Assembly (NCBI GenBank): GCA_947452765.1
Contig: CANGDR010000003.1
Coordinates: 19,561-83,560, forward strand
DNA length: 64,000 bases
Direction: 5' to 3'
Source: Actinomycetota bacterium
Lineage (GTDB): Bacteria > Actinomycetota > Actinomycetes > S36-B12 > UBA5976
In this document: piece after piece, positions 1 through 8,769 of the stretch
Layout of the letters: every line of letters begins with the position of its first letter
Numbering within the stretch: position 1 is the stretch's first letter
Program-made: the position numbers and the translations under genes
The notes under the pieces: generated by a model
The model's database searches: none
Told to the model about the DNA's origin: nothing
The model's input: only the letters and a program-made list of their open reading frames with translations

Positions 1-315
1 ATTCAAAGACCTCGTGACTAATGCTAAGCGCGGAGCCCGTCGACCAAGGAATGCAAACTCGGGACGCAATTTGGGTTGCCGGTAGGACTCGTTGCGTGCG
101 GTGTTGGCCCCAACCAGCACAACATCAGACATGCCGCGCAATAACAGGAGGAGTCGTAGGTCTAAAGCATTAGTAAGGTCCCGCGAAGTTCCAGTCGCGC
201 CAACAAATTTTCCATCACTTGAAATAACCATGTTTGCTCTTAGCCAGGGGGAGTGCGGAGCAGCATAATGCGCGGCAATCTCAGGCAGTGTTGCTGTCGA
301 CAAGTCCAACGTCAT
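1..315 (-). CDS. RibD C-terminal-domain pyrimidine reductase family protein (5' part only; gene runs off the left window edge)
   Basis: The minus-strand frame is open from ATG 315..313 (alternative ATG 429..427) to position 1. It is absent from the ORF track because there is no stop in the window. My translation MTLDLSTATLPEIAAHYAAPHSPWLRANMVISSDGKFVGATGTSRDL..LRGMSDVVLVGANTARNESY resembles the WLRANFISSLDG...VGxGT block of Rv2671-type reductases. Confidence 0.6.
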   Translation of the reverse strand, partial: MTLDLSTATLPEIAAHYAAPHSPWLRANMVISSDGKFVGATGTSRDLTNALDLRLLLLLRGMSDVVLVGANTARNESYRQPKLRPEFAFLGRRAPRLALVTRSLN

Positions 316-544
316 ACAGCAAATACTTGCATGTGCCCAAACCTCGTTTGATTTGGGCACAGTGCATTCGGCAGTTTCGAAAAAACGCAAAGAGGGAATC
401 GTTAAGGACAAACCTATTTCTACGAACATTCAAGTCAAGGATTGATTTAGACTAACAACCAATCTAGGCTCTCCGAATACCAACAGGAATCCGGTGAGAG
501 GATGTCACATGCACTGTGTGTCCGAAAACTCGATGATCCAAAAC

Positions 545-883
545 ATGCGGCGTTATGCAAGAATCGTTGTTGCGGTGGCAGCCGTGTTAAGTACATCTGC
601 TTGCACCACCTCAGGTATTCCTGAATCTTCAGCTAGTACGACTTCCAATTCGCCTGTAATTGCAATGCTTGACTGCACTAAATTCCAAACAAAATATAAA
701 AAAGTGGTCGATGAAGCTCTGACCTCTTACGCTAAATTCCAACATGATCCTAGCGATGCAAATCGTATTGGGGCCAAAATGGCGGCGATCACTCAGTTCC
801 ACTTCATAACCCACGACAGCACGGGTTGTGCCTCAGCTTCAGACAAGGCTGCTGCGCAGGCGAGGTTAGATCAATTGCCGTAA
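545..883 (+). CDS. small secreted protein, probable lipoprotein
   Basis: Internal ATG at 545 gives MRRYARIVVAVAAVLSTSAC..., i.e. a basic n-region, a hydrophobic core and a Cys (lipobox-like STSAC). No recognisable family. Confidence 0.45.
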   Translation: MRRYARIVVAVAAVLSTSACTTSGIPESSASTTSNSPVIAMLDCTKFQTKYKKVVDEALTSYAKFQHDPSDANRIGAKMAAITQFHFITHDSTGCASASDKAAAQARLDQLP

Positions 884-922
884 CTGTATTACCTGTGGCA
901 AAACTTGCCGGTCTTATCACAC

Positions 923-2167
923 CTAAAGATTCGCGAGCTCACTTAGTACGCGTACTGCAGATCTGGCCGCACCTTCCAAACCACCTGGACCTTCGCGATC
1001 ATCGGTATGCTCACCTGCGAAAAAAACTTTATTTCCTAGAGGTGCCGCAATAATAGGTAGAATTCGGTCACGTTGATCGCCCAGGGGGGCTCGAACAATT
1101 GCTTGCGAAAATGGATCTGTTGTCCAGCTATGCGATGCATACTTCACATGTGTGACTTTTTCGCCAAGTAGGTGGCTTACCGTGTCATCCCATTCATCGA
1201 TAAAGGCGCTTCCAATAACTTGAGGCTCTTTATCGCCTCCGGGCAGTGATGATGTTAGGACGTAATCACCATCTTGATGGCTAGATTGATCGACTATCCA
1301 TGGTGGGACAGTATTTGTAAAACAGCCGTCGCCAATGGCTTTTGAAATCTCGTTCCGTTGTTCGTACTGAACAATAACTTTCGTGGCAGTTCCATAGGAG
1401 AGTTCCGCAAGCGCTGCAAATTTGCTTTGAGTAAGGGCCGGCCAGAATCCAAGTTGACTCACGAGTGGACCCGGTACCGTGACCACAACGCGATCTGCTT
1501 GGTGGATTCCGGAACTCGATTGCACTTCCACTAGGTCGCCAGACCAATCAACTCTGGTTACTACTTCGTTTAGTTTCACATCAACTTTTTCAGCCAGGCG
1601 TTTGGCTAGCAGATCATTGCCACCAACAATGCGATACGAGTCAGCATCCTGTTTCTTGAGTTGAAGGGCGAACTCTGCTGCGTCGCAATTACGGAGGGAA
1701 GCAACTGGAGTGTATTGCGTATAGGAAGTGAGTAGGTCGACTACAGGTTGTGGGGCATTGAGCCGCGCAGTCCAGGCCGCTAGATTTTCGGCAGGCGAAG
1801 GCGGAGTAATTTCGTAGGCATTTAGTAGCCAGCCCGTGATCTCTCTGCGTTGTGCTTCATTTAATAGCAACCCATCAAAAAGCATCAATGGTGCAGTGGG
1901 GTCAAAATATCCACAAGATACGAAATCCAAGCCAAGACTCTTTGCTAAATCTATTACCGTGCTGTGACCGGAATACATAGTCTCCGCGCCAAGTTCACCA
2001 TACATATCGCCTTCGAAATGATCATGTAATGTCCACAGACGACCGCCCACTCGATCGCGAGCTTCTAGGACCAGCACCTCATCGCCAGCTTTCTGGCGTT
2101 CAACAGCCACCATGAGACCGGATAGCCCTGCTCCGACGATCAGCGTTTTCAAATCAGATCTCCTCAC
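923..2167 (-). CDS. FAD-dependent amine oxidase / flavin-containing oxidoreductase
   Basis: 414-aa ORF. N-terminal dinucleotide-binding fingerprint IVGAGLSGL..VLEARDRVGGR and C-terminal FFAGEHT, typical of the flavin amine oxidase family. Confidence 0.7.
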   Translation of the reverse strand: MRRSDLKTLIVGAGLSGLMVAVERQKAGDEVLVLEARDRVGGRLWTLHDHFEGDMYGELGAETMYSGHSTVIDLAKSLGLDFVSCGYFDPTAPLMLFDGLLLNEAQRREITGWLLNAYEITPPSPAENLAAWTARLNAPQPVVDLLTSYTQYTPVASLRNCDAAEFALQLKKQDADSYRIVGGNDLLAKRLAEKVDVKLNEVVTRVDWSGDLVEVQSSSGIHQADRVVVTVPGPLVSQLGFWPALTQSKFAALAELSYGTATKVIVQYEQRNEISKAIGDGCFTNTVPPWIVDQSSHQDGDYVLTSSLPGGDKEPQVIGSAFIDEWDDTVSHLLGEKVTHVKYASHSWTTDPFSQAIVRAPLGDQRDRILPIIAAPLGNKVFFAGEHTDDREGPGGLEGAARSAVRVLSELANL

Positions 2168-2357
2168 GAGTTAAGGGAAATAGCTAGTACTGCAATCTAA
2201 CACTTCAATGGCAAGGTATGAATTTGCACGTAAACAATTTTGAATCGTGCTTCCAAAATAGATTCCACATGTTTTCGGTTCGATTCCGATCCGTAGCGAC
2301 TGGCCCAACTAAGAGATTTGTGGGCACGTACAGGGCACGAATGATTCTAGAAAAGTA

Positions 2358-2387
2358 AGAACCCCTATAGGAATAGGAGTTCTTTTA
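2358..2387 (-). terminator. hairpin terminator (bidirectional) directly after tRNA-Val
   Basis: AGAACCCCTAT-AGGA-ATAGGAGTTCT forms an 11-bp stem with 1 mismatch. It has a TTTT run on the plus side and ACTTTTC on the minus side, and abuts the 3' end of the tRNA operon. Confidence 0.45.
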
Positions 2388-2464
2388 TGGTGGTCGATAC
2401 AGGACTTGAACCTGTGACCTCTTCCATGTCAAGGAAGCGCGCTAGCCAACTGCGCCAATCGACC
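2388..2464 (-). tRNA. tRNA-Val (anticodon GAC), CCA encoded
   Basis: Manual cloverleaf: GGTCGAT acceptor, anticodon arm CTTCC-TTGACAT-GGAAG, T arm ACAGG-TTCAAGT-CCTGT, discriminator A followed by CCA. Confidence 0.9.
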
Positions 2465-2491
2465 GTTGTGTAAAACCACGGTTATTTCTAG

Positions 2492-2562
2492 AGGTGGAGA
2501 CGGGATTTGAACCCGTGTACAGGGATTTGCAGTCCCTTGCCTCGCCTCTCGGCCACTCCACC
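2492..2562 (-). tRNA. tRNA-Cys (anticodon GCA)
   Basis: Manual cloverleaf: GGTGGAG acceptor, AGGGA-CTGCAAA-TCCCT anticodon arm, ACGGG-TTCAAAT-CCCGT T arm, U73 discriminator, 71 nt. Confidence 0.9.
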
Positions 2563-2586
2563 GGGGTAGCCCAATGTGAGCTTCCG

Positions 2587-2658
2587 AGCGGATGACGGGA
2601 TTCGAACCCGCGACCCTCACCTTGGCAAGGTGATGCTCTACCACTGAGCCACATCCGC
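2587..2658 (-). tRNA. tRNA-Gly (anticodon GCC)
   Basis: Manual cloverleaf: GCGGATG acceptor, TCACC-TTGCCAA-GGTGA anticodon arm, GCGGG-TTCGAAT-CCCGT T arm, U73, 72 nt. The Gly-Cys-Val order matches the conserved actinobacterial cluster. Confidence 0.9.
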
Positions 2659-2682
2659 GAACAGGCTTAACCTGACCTCGTT

Positions 2683-2711
2683 ACCTTAGCCGAAGTGGTG
2701 GACTGGTTCAA
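2683..2711 (-). promoter_or_regulatory. candidate sigma-70-type promoter of the Gly-Cys-Val tRNA operon
   Basis: On the minus strand, TTGAAC (2711..2706), a 17-nt spacer, then TAAGGT (2688..2683). This predicts a TSS about 18 nt upstream of the tRNA-Gly 5' end. Confidence 0.4.
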
Positions 2712-2740
2712 AGTCGGGCATTTCTTCGTAAAGTTGACTT

Positions 2741-3787
2741 ATGACATCCAGCCTTGCGATTGCAATATTTGGCGATCAGATGGCTACGGGTTTTTTAGGT
2801 GCCACCGAAGATCCTGCTGATCTGGATGGCGAAGGTTTATGGGCGGTAACTCAAACGTTTGAAGGCAAGTTTCGAGCGTTTAGGTTCGAAAAGCTGCAGC
2901 CTATCGACGAATCTGTCATTGCGCAGAGTTCACATCGCGGCGTTCCATTTGCTTCCTGGAAGTCATCAATGGCGCAGTCTGAGTACGAAAGTGCGGTTGC
3001 TGTAATTCGTTCGGACATTGAGCGCGGCTGGGTTTATCAAGCCAACTTATGTCGGGTGCTAAGTGCGCCGCTAGAAAATGAATTGGATGTTGTTGGACTC
3101 TGGTCTTTAATGCGCAAAAACAATCCGGCGCCATATTTAAGTGCCCTACAAGTTCCGGCTGAACTCTCAGGCTTTGCGGAATCAACTCGGATTGTGTGTG
3201 CTTCACCAGAGCTCTTTCTAGAACGTCGCAGCGATCTAATTCGATCCAGTCCCATCAAAGGAACTGCAAAAGTTGCAGAGGAACTTCTGGAAAAGGATCG
3301 TGCCGAGAACGTAATGATTGTTGACTTGGTGCGAAATGATCTGGGTCATGTCTGTGAACCAGGTTCAGTCTCGGTTCCAGATCTACTTCGCCTCGAGAAA
3401 CATCCAGGTTTGGTTCACTTAGTTTCGGATGTCGAAGGACGACTACCCAGAGATGCAACCTGGGCTGAGATATTCTCGGCGACTGCTCCGCCTGGCTCGG
3501 TAAGCGGCGCACCAAAGAGCAGCGCGCTGGAAGTAATCGCACGCCTTGAGAAAACTGAACGCAATATCTATTGCGGGGGATTTGGGTGGGTTAATGGAGG
3601 TGAACGCACTGCAAAACTTGCTGTGGGTATTCGTACATTCTGGCAATCTAAATCAGAAACAGGTTGGCAACTAAATTTTGGAACTGGTGCCGGAATTACT
3701 TGGGGCAGCGATCCAACAGGTGAGTGGAATGAAACCGAACTCAAAGCTGCGCATCTACTTTCAGTTGCTGCTATGGAGTTAGGCTGA
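2741..3787 (+). CDS. pabB: chorismate-binding enzyme, aminodeoxychorismate synthase component I-like (short form)
   Basis: 348 aa. C-terminal chorismate-binding signatures (PELFLER, SSPIKGT, ENVMIVDLVRND, PPGSVSGAPK, GxGAGIT). Followed by a class IV aminotransferase/ADC lyase gene. Confidence 0.7.
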   Translation: MTSSLAIAIFGDQMATGFLGATEDPADLDGEGLWAVTQTFEGKFRAFRFEKLQPIDESVIAQSSHRGVPFASWKSSMAQSEYESAVAVIRSDIERGWVYQANLCRVLSAPLENELDVVGLWSLMRKNNPAPYLSALQVPAELSGFAESTRIVCASPELFLERRSDLIRSSPIKGTAKVAEELLEKDRAENVMIVDLVRNDLGHVCEPGSVSVPDLLRLEKHPGLVHLVSDVEGRLPRDATWAEIFSATAPPGSVSGAPKSSALEVIARLEKTERNIYCGGFGWVNGGERTAKLAVGIRTFWQSKSETGWQLNFGTGAGITWGSDPTGEWNETELKAAHLLSVAAMELG

Positions 3788-3791
3788 AGTT

Positions 3792-4664
3792 ATGGCGGTG
3801 ACACATTTTTGGGTGCACGACGCATTAGTGCCAGTACGTGACGCCAAGATCAGCGTGCTGGATCACGGATTTACGGTGGCCGACGGCGTCTTTGAAACAC
3901 TTAAAGTCACAGCTGGTGAAGTTTTTGCACTTGATCGCCACTTAAAAAGGTTAGGTAAGTCAGCATCTGGTTTAGGCATAAATCTGCCTGACTTGGATTT
4001 AGTTCGCAAGGGCGTTGCCGAAGTTCTAGCAGCTAATAATAAACTTGCGCTGGGTCGCATGCGGATCACTGTCACAAGTGGCACTGGACCGCTTGGTTCG
4101 GATCGAACTAATGCCGAACCGAGTCTAGTAATTTCGCTGGCGGAACAAAATCCTTGGCCGGCTGAAACCTCAATACTTTTAGTGCCTTGGGCGCGTAACG
4201 AGAATTCGCCGTTAGTGGGAATGAAAACCACTTCCTATGCCGAAAATGTCTTCGCACTTGAAGCTGCTCATGCACATGGATACTCCGAAGCAATAATGAG
4301 TGATTCAACTGGACGGTTATCTGAAGGTACTGGCTCGAATATCTTTTTAATCATCGGTGAGGAAGTAGTCACACCTTCTATTGAAAGTGGATTGCTACAG
4401 GGGATCACTAGAGAACTCACAATTGAATGGGCGCGTGCCGCAGGCTACAAAGTCGTCGAACGAGATATTGCCAACGCTGAACTTTGGCAAGCAAATGAAG
4501 TATTCATAACTTCGTCAACACGAGATGTACACCCGGTGACATTGTTGGCGGAACTGAACCAAGCTGGTGAAGTTAGAAACGAACGCAAATTGGATATTGG
4601 CACCATCTCGCTTGCTCTTGCAGAATTGTTCACCAAAAACCGTAACGAAAGCATGAATCCATGA
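3792..4664 (+). CDS. pabC: class IV aminotransferase fold, aminodeoxychorismate lyase-like
   Basis: 290 aa. D-amino acid/branched-chain aminotransferase-like sequence (DHGFTVADGVFETL, GRLSEGTGSNIF, GITR). Adjacent to the pabB-like gene. Confidence 0.65.
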   Translation: MAVTHFWVHDALVPVRDAKISVLDHGFTVADGVFETLKVTAGEVFALDRHLKRLGKSASGLGINLPDLDLVRKGVAEVLAANNKLALGRMRITVTSGTGPLGSDRTNAEPSLVISLAEQNPWPAETSILLVPWARNENSPLVGMKTTSYAENVFALEAAHAHGYSEAIMSDSTGRLSEGTGSNIFLIIGEEVVTPSIESGLLQGITRELTIEWARAAGYKVVERDIANAELWQANEVFITSSTRDVHPVTLLAELNQAGEVRNERKLDIGTISLALAELFTKNRNESMNP

Positions 4665-5086
4665 CCGAAGATCGCAGCTCTATCGCGAATCGTTTTTACG
4701 ACAAATACATGAGCGCAAGGAGAGTTGCCAGAAATAATCGCGCGCTGGATGCAACTTGGCGAATGATCATCTTGGTTGTCGGGCTGTCGATAGTTTGTAT
4801 CGGAATATTCTTCCTGCTGTTTCCAGGGCCAGGTTGGGGCGCGATCATCTTGGGATTAATTGTTTTGGCAACCGAATTTGCCTGGGCAAGACGTGCCCTG
4901 CATCCGGTGCGAATTGTGACTTCGCGGTTAGCAACGCTTGCGATAAGTGATGAATATCGATATCGCCGAATGGTTCTGACTCTCGTAGGCACGGTGATCG
5001 TAGTAATTGCGGGATATGCATACTGGGCACGTTATGGCGCGACCATGGATGGTTTTGGTTTTGTGCTCGATAAGTTGCAGCCGTGA
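4661..5086 (+). CDS. PGPGW-motif small membrane protein
   Basis: 141 aa with two or more TM segments and the motif LLFPGPGWGAIILG. ATGA start/stop overlap with the upstream gene. Confidence 0.6.
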   Translation: MTEDRSSIANRFYDKYMSARRVARNNRALDATWRMIILVVGLSIVCIGIFFLLFPGPGWGAIILGLIVLATEFAWARRALHPVRIVTSRLATLAISDEYRYRRMVLTLVGTVIVVIAGYAYWARYGATMDGFGFVLDKLQP

Positions 5087-5195
5087 TTCATAGAATCGGC
5101 AGGCGAGTGAGAGGCTGATAAGTCGGCTTTGCGACAGCATTCGAGCCATCTGGTTCAGATAGAATCGTTTCACCATCATTTGAGAAGGAATTACT

Positions 5196-7202
5196 GTGTC
5201 TGTCGTACTTGTCGGCCCAAATCGTGAATCTACTCCGATCGAGCCAGGCGCGACCGCATACGACGTCGTCGGAGATAAAGGGCGCCAAGTTGTTGTCGCC
5301 AGAGTCAACGGCGAAGTTGTAGATCTAAGCCACGTACTGGCTGATGGTGACAAAGTTGAACCAATCTTGATATCTGATCCTGAGGGGCTATCCGTCCTCC
5401 GCCACAGCGTTGCGCACATAGTTGCGCAGGCGACACAGGCAATCTTCGAAGATGTGAAATTGGGAATTGGCCCACCAATTAAAGACGGTTTTTTCTACGA
5501 CTTCGGCACTGATCGCAATTTTACGCCTGAGGATCTAGCTGCGATCGAAAAGAAAGTTGTAGAGATCGTAAACTCTGGACAAAAGTTTGCACGCCGAATT
5601 ACTAATCGCGAAGCTGCTCGAGTGGAATTGGGTCACGAGCCGTTTAAGATTCGATTGCTAGGCGCTGACGATGATGCAACAGTTATGTCAGAGGACGTCA
5701 TGGAAGTCGGTGGCGGCGAACTAACGATCTACGACAACATTGATTTGCGAAGTGGTGAACAGCGTTGGTGCGATCTTTGTCGTGGCCCACATGTTCCTGA
5801 TACCCGTTACATTGATGCACGCGCGATTAAGTTGATGCGCACGTCAGCGGCCTATTGGTTGGGCGATCAAAAGAACGAATCGATGCAACGGGTTTATGGC
5901 ACTGCGTGGCCAACTAAAGATGGCTTGAAGCAATACCTAACAATGCTTGAGGAAGCCGAGAAGCGCGATCATCGCCGTCTTGGTATTGATTTGGACCTAT
6001 TCTCCTTCCCGGACGAAATCGGTTCCGGCCTTGCGGTGTTCCACCCAAAGGGCGGCATCATCCGGCGCCAAATGGAGGACTACTCCCGCGTACGTCACGA
6101 AAACGCTGGTTACGAATTTGTTTACACCCCACACATCACTAAGGGTGCGCTATTTGAACAATCAGGTCACTTGGATTGGTACAAAGACGGAATGTTCCCA
6201 GCCATGCACTTGGATGAAGAACTACATGACGACGGCACGGTGAAACGACAAGGCCAGGACTACTACCTCAAGCCAATGAACTGCCCGTTCCACAATTTGA
6301 TTTTTAAATCACGTGGTCGTTCGTATCGCGAATTACCAATGCGACTATTTGAATTTGGTTCGGTATATCGCTACGAAAAGTCTGGCGTCATTCACGGACT
6401 AACTCGCGTACGCGGTATGACGCAAGATGATGCCCATATCTATTGCACGCCAGAACAAATGGGTGGCGAACTCCAAAATTTGCTTACTTTCGTATTGGAT
6501 CTATTGCGCGACTATGGCTTAGATGATTTCTATTTGGAACTCTCAACTCGCAATCCAGAAAAGTCCATTGGAACTGAAGAAGAGTGGGAACGGGCAACTG
6601 CAGCATTGGCGCAAGCAGCTGCAGACTCTGGTCTCGAATTAGTACCTGATCCAGGTGGAGCGGCGTTTTACGGGCCGAAGATTTCAGTACAAGCGCGCGA
6701 TGCCATTGGCCGCACCTGGCAGATGTCCACAATTCAGGTCGACTTCCAGTTGCCACAACGCTTTGACCTTGAATATCAGGCCGCAGACGGAACGCGTAGT
6801 CAGCCAATCATGATTCACCGCGCACTATTCGGTTCAATCGAGCGCTTCTTTGGCGTTTTGCTTGAGCATTATGCAGGAGCGTTCCCACCGTGGCTTGCAC
6901 CCGTGCAGGTTGTTGGAATACCGATCGCAAGTTCACACAATGATTATCTGGAAGATGTCGCGATGAAGTTGCGTGCGGCGGGAGTCCGAGTTGAAGTTGA
7001 TGCTTCCGATGAGCGGATGCAAAAGAAGATTCGTACCGCGCAAACCCAAAAGGTGCCATTTATGCTCATAGCTGGTGATGAAGACATTGCCGCCGGCGCG
7101 GTTTCATTCCGCTATCGCGACGGTACGCAAGAGAACTCAGTCCCAGTCGCTGATGCAATCAACAAGATTGTTGAAATCGTCGCTTCACACAAACAGATTT
7201 AG
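5196..7202 (+). CDS. thrS: threonine--tRNA ligase
   Basis: 668 aa with TGS N-terminus, class II core motifs (FRxE..., GSxERF) and an anticodon-binding C-terminus. GTG start preceded by GAAGGA. Confidence 0.95.
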   Translation: MSVVLVGPNRESTPIEPGATAYDVVGDKGRQVVVARVNGEVVDLSHVLADGDKVEPILISDPEGLSVLRHSVAHIVAQATQAIFEDVKLGIGPPIKDGFFYDFGTDRNFTPEDLAAIEKKVVEIVNSGQKFARRITNREAARVELGHEPFKIRLLGADDDATVMSEDVMEVGGGELTIYDNIDLRSGEQRWCDLCRGPHVPDTRYIDARAIKLMRTSAAYWLGDQKNESMQRVYGTAWPTKDGLKQYLTMLEEAEKRDHRRLGIDLDLFSFPDEIGSGLAVFHPKGGIIRRQMEDYSRVRHENAGYEFVYTPHITKGALFEQSGHLDWYKDGMFPAMHLDEELHDDGTVKRQGQDYYLKPMNCPFHNLIFKSRGRSYRELPMRLFEFGSVYRYEKSGVIHGLTRVRGMTQDDAHIYCTPEQMGGELQNLLTFVLDLLRDYGLDDFYLELSTRNPEKSIGTEEEWERATAALAQAAADSGLELVPDPGGAAFYGPKISVQARDAIGRTWQMSTIQVDFQLPQRFDLEYQAADGTRSQPIMIHRALFGSIERFFGVLLEHYAGAFPPWLAPVQVVGIPIASSHNDYLEDVAMKLRAAGVRVEVDASDERMQKKIRTAQTQKVPFMLIAGDEDIAAGAVSFRYRDGTQENSVPVADAINKIVEIVASHKQI

Positions 7203-7210
7203 CGTCTTAC

Positions 7211-7729
7211 ATGAGTACTGATCCACGCGGCCCCGAAGCATGGGATCGAATCTGGGCACCACATCGTGCTGCTTACTTGGCCGACGAGGCTGGCACATTT
7301 GACGAAGATTCCTGCCCATTTTGTATTGCGCAAGAGGTTGACGATACAGAAGGCTTGGTTGTCATCCGACGCAAAGTTTCGTTTGTTGTGCTTAACAAGT
7401 ACCCATACAACAGCGGCCACTTATTAATCTGCACCAATCGTCACGTGCCGCTGTATGACGAATTGACGACAGAGGAAATACTCGAGATAGGCGAACTTAC
7501 ATCCCAATCCATGCGAACTCTTCGCAAGGTTTCAGGTGCCAAAGGATTCAACATTGGTTTGAATCAAGGGGATGTTGCGGGCGCTGGGGTAGCAGGACAC
7601 ATCCATCAGCATGTTGTTCCGCGTTGGGCCGGTGACATAAATTTCATGCCAATAGTAGGTGGTACAAAAGTTTTACCAGAACTGCTTGAAAAAACTAGAG
7701 AATTACTATTCGAAAGTTGGAGCAACTAG
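7211..7729 (+). CDS. HIT family protein (Ap4A phosphorylase-like, Rv2613c-type)
   Basis: 172 aa. Histidine-triad motif GHIHQHVVPR, CPFC motif, and the conserved position directly after thrS. Confidence 0.8.
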   Translation: MSTDPRGPEAWDRIWAPHRAAYLADEAGTFDEDSCPFCIAQEVDDTEGLVVIRRKVSFVVLNKYPYNSGHLLICTNRHVPLYDELTTEEILEIGELTSQSMRTLRKVSGAKGFNIGLNQGDVAGAGVAGHIHQHVVPRWAGDINFMPIVGGTKVLPELLEKTRELLFESWSN

Positions 7730-8725
7730 TACGCAGTCATTTTTGCTAGCGCTTACAGTCATGCCGATAGCTAGTTCGTCTGCAATCAAGACAGAGTCAT
7801 CTTCGTAGATGGGAACTACGGTTACTTCGCGCTCGGAATTCCAAGCCTGCAAATTACCTGCAGTTTTACTTGACCACATTCGCGCTATCTTGTCGGCAAT
7901 TACGAAACCTAGCCTGGCGCTGGTGTCTGTTACATCAATCGTTGTGTCACCGATAGTCACGGTAGGAATCCAAGTAGGACGAAGTTTGGTTAACCACGAG
8001 GTGAATATTTCTACACCGACTCTATTTTCAATCGGAGTTATCGAAATCACATCAGGATGATCCCAGGCAACCTCAAGTTTGGAGATGCTAATCGGCAGAC
8101 CATCGCGATGATTTGCAAGGGCCTGATCATCAAGTCCTAAATGTGCAAGTTGGTCGAACAAATCATCTCTACGCTGGGCAGTGAGCGTTACGTGTTCTGG
8201 GTCACCAGGTCTTATCCGTACTTGGCCATCCACAACTTCGTGTATTTCAGAAGTGAGGACATCAAAAACTCCCGCTAAGGAATCCTCGTCATCAGAATCG
8301 ATTGGCAGGTAGCGAACCAATAGTTCCGGTTCCATCATTCGAGTTGCCATTGCGGCTAATTCGTCAAAATCCGCTCGCCCTTGAACGACACCAGTTGCCA
8401 GGAAGTGCCTTGGAGTGCCGTGATCTCGGGCTTGATTCCAGGCGCTGATGCTGCCTGGGCCAAGTCCTGTTTTGCCATCGAGAATTACAACCAGTGCGTC
8501 AGATGCTTCAACTATTTTCAGGTCCACGGACGAATCAGAAGTGCCGATGAACCTTAGGTTTCGAAGTTTCGCGTCGCTGTGACTCAAAACAGGTGGCTTC
8601 CCGAACAGGGTTATGGCGCCGATGTTCTCCCAAATTTCGCCTAAGTTTGCGTTTTCTGGCGTAACAATGCAAACCAAGACGTGATTGTTTGAAGGTAGAT
8701 CCGCTTCAGTCGGTAACATCGTCAT
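7706..8725 (-). CDS. EF-G-like translational-GTPase-fold protein with degenerate G motifs
   Basis: 339 aa. The segment SDALVVILDGKTGLGPGSISAWNQARDHGTPRHFLATGV aligns by eye to the EF-G segment DGAxVVxDxxxGVEPQxExVWRQAxKYxVPRIxFxNKMD. There is no GxxxxGK[ST] P-loop, and NKxD is replaced by ATGV. Confidence 0.45.
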   Translation of the reverse strand: MTMLPTEADLPSNNHVLVCIVTPENANLGEIWENIGAITLFGKPPVLSHSDAKLRNLRFIGTSDSSVDLKIVEASDALVVILDGKTGLGPGSISAWNQARDHGTPRHFLATGVVQGRADFDELAAMATRMMEPELLVRYLPIDSDDEDSLAGVFDVLTSEIHEVVDGQVRIRPGDPEHVTLTAQRRDDLFDQLAHLGLDDQALANHRDGLPISISKLEVAWDHPDVISITPIENRVGVEIFTSWLTKLRPTWIPTVTIGDTTIDVTDTSARLGFVIADKIARMWSSKTAGNLQAWNSEREVTVVPIYEDDSVLIADELAIGMTVSASKNDCVLVAPTFE

Positions 8726-8769
8726 AACCCTTCGAATCGTAGTCGGATAAGGCAGCTAAGGAACAATAC

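Noticed and set aside
234-455. 73-aa plus-strand ORF from the track.
   Set aside because: It lies antisense to an open minus-strand frame with clear RibD_C reductase motifs that runs off the window edge. It has no RBS and no family resemblance.
2270-2300. A plus-strand tRNA T-arm-like fragment (TTCGG-TTCGATT-CCGAT followed by CCGTAGCG), possibly a tRNA 3' remnant or integration scar.
   Set aside because: No matching 5' acceptor strand, D arm or anticodon arm lies upstream. It is not a duplicate of the 3' ends of the neighbouring tRNAs. There is no integrase or foreign DNA nearby, and the T stem has a mismatch. It is most likely chance similarity.
2429-2654. Two 70-aa minus-strand ORFs from the track.
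   Set aside because: They are read straight through three well-formed tRNA genes (Val, Cys, Gly), so they are artefacts of the ORF finder.
5091-5168. Direct repeat ATAGAATCG (about 5091 and 5159) upstream of thrS, considered as a possible ThrRS operator or tRNA-mimic leader.
   Set aside because: I could not fold an anticodon-arm mimic around it. The repeated core is simply TAGAAT, a good -10 hexamer, so tandem promoters are the simpler explanation.
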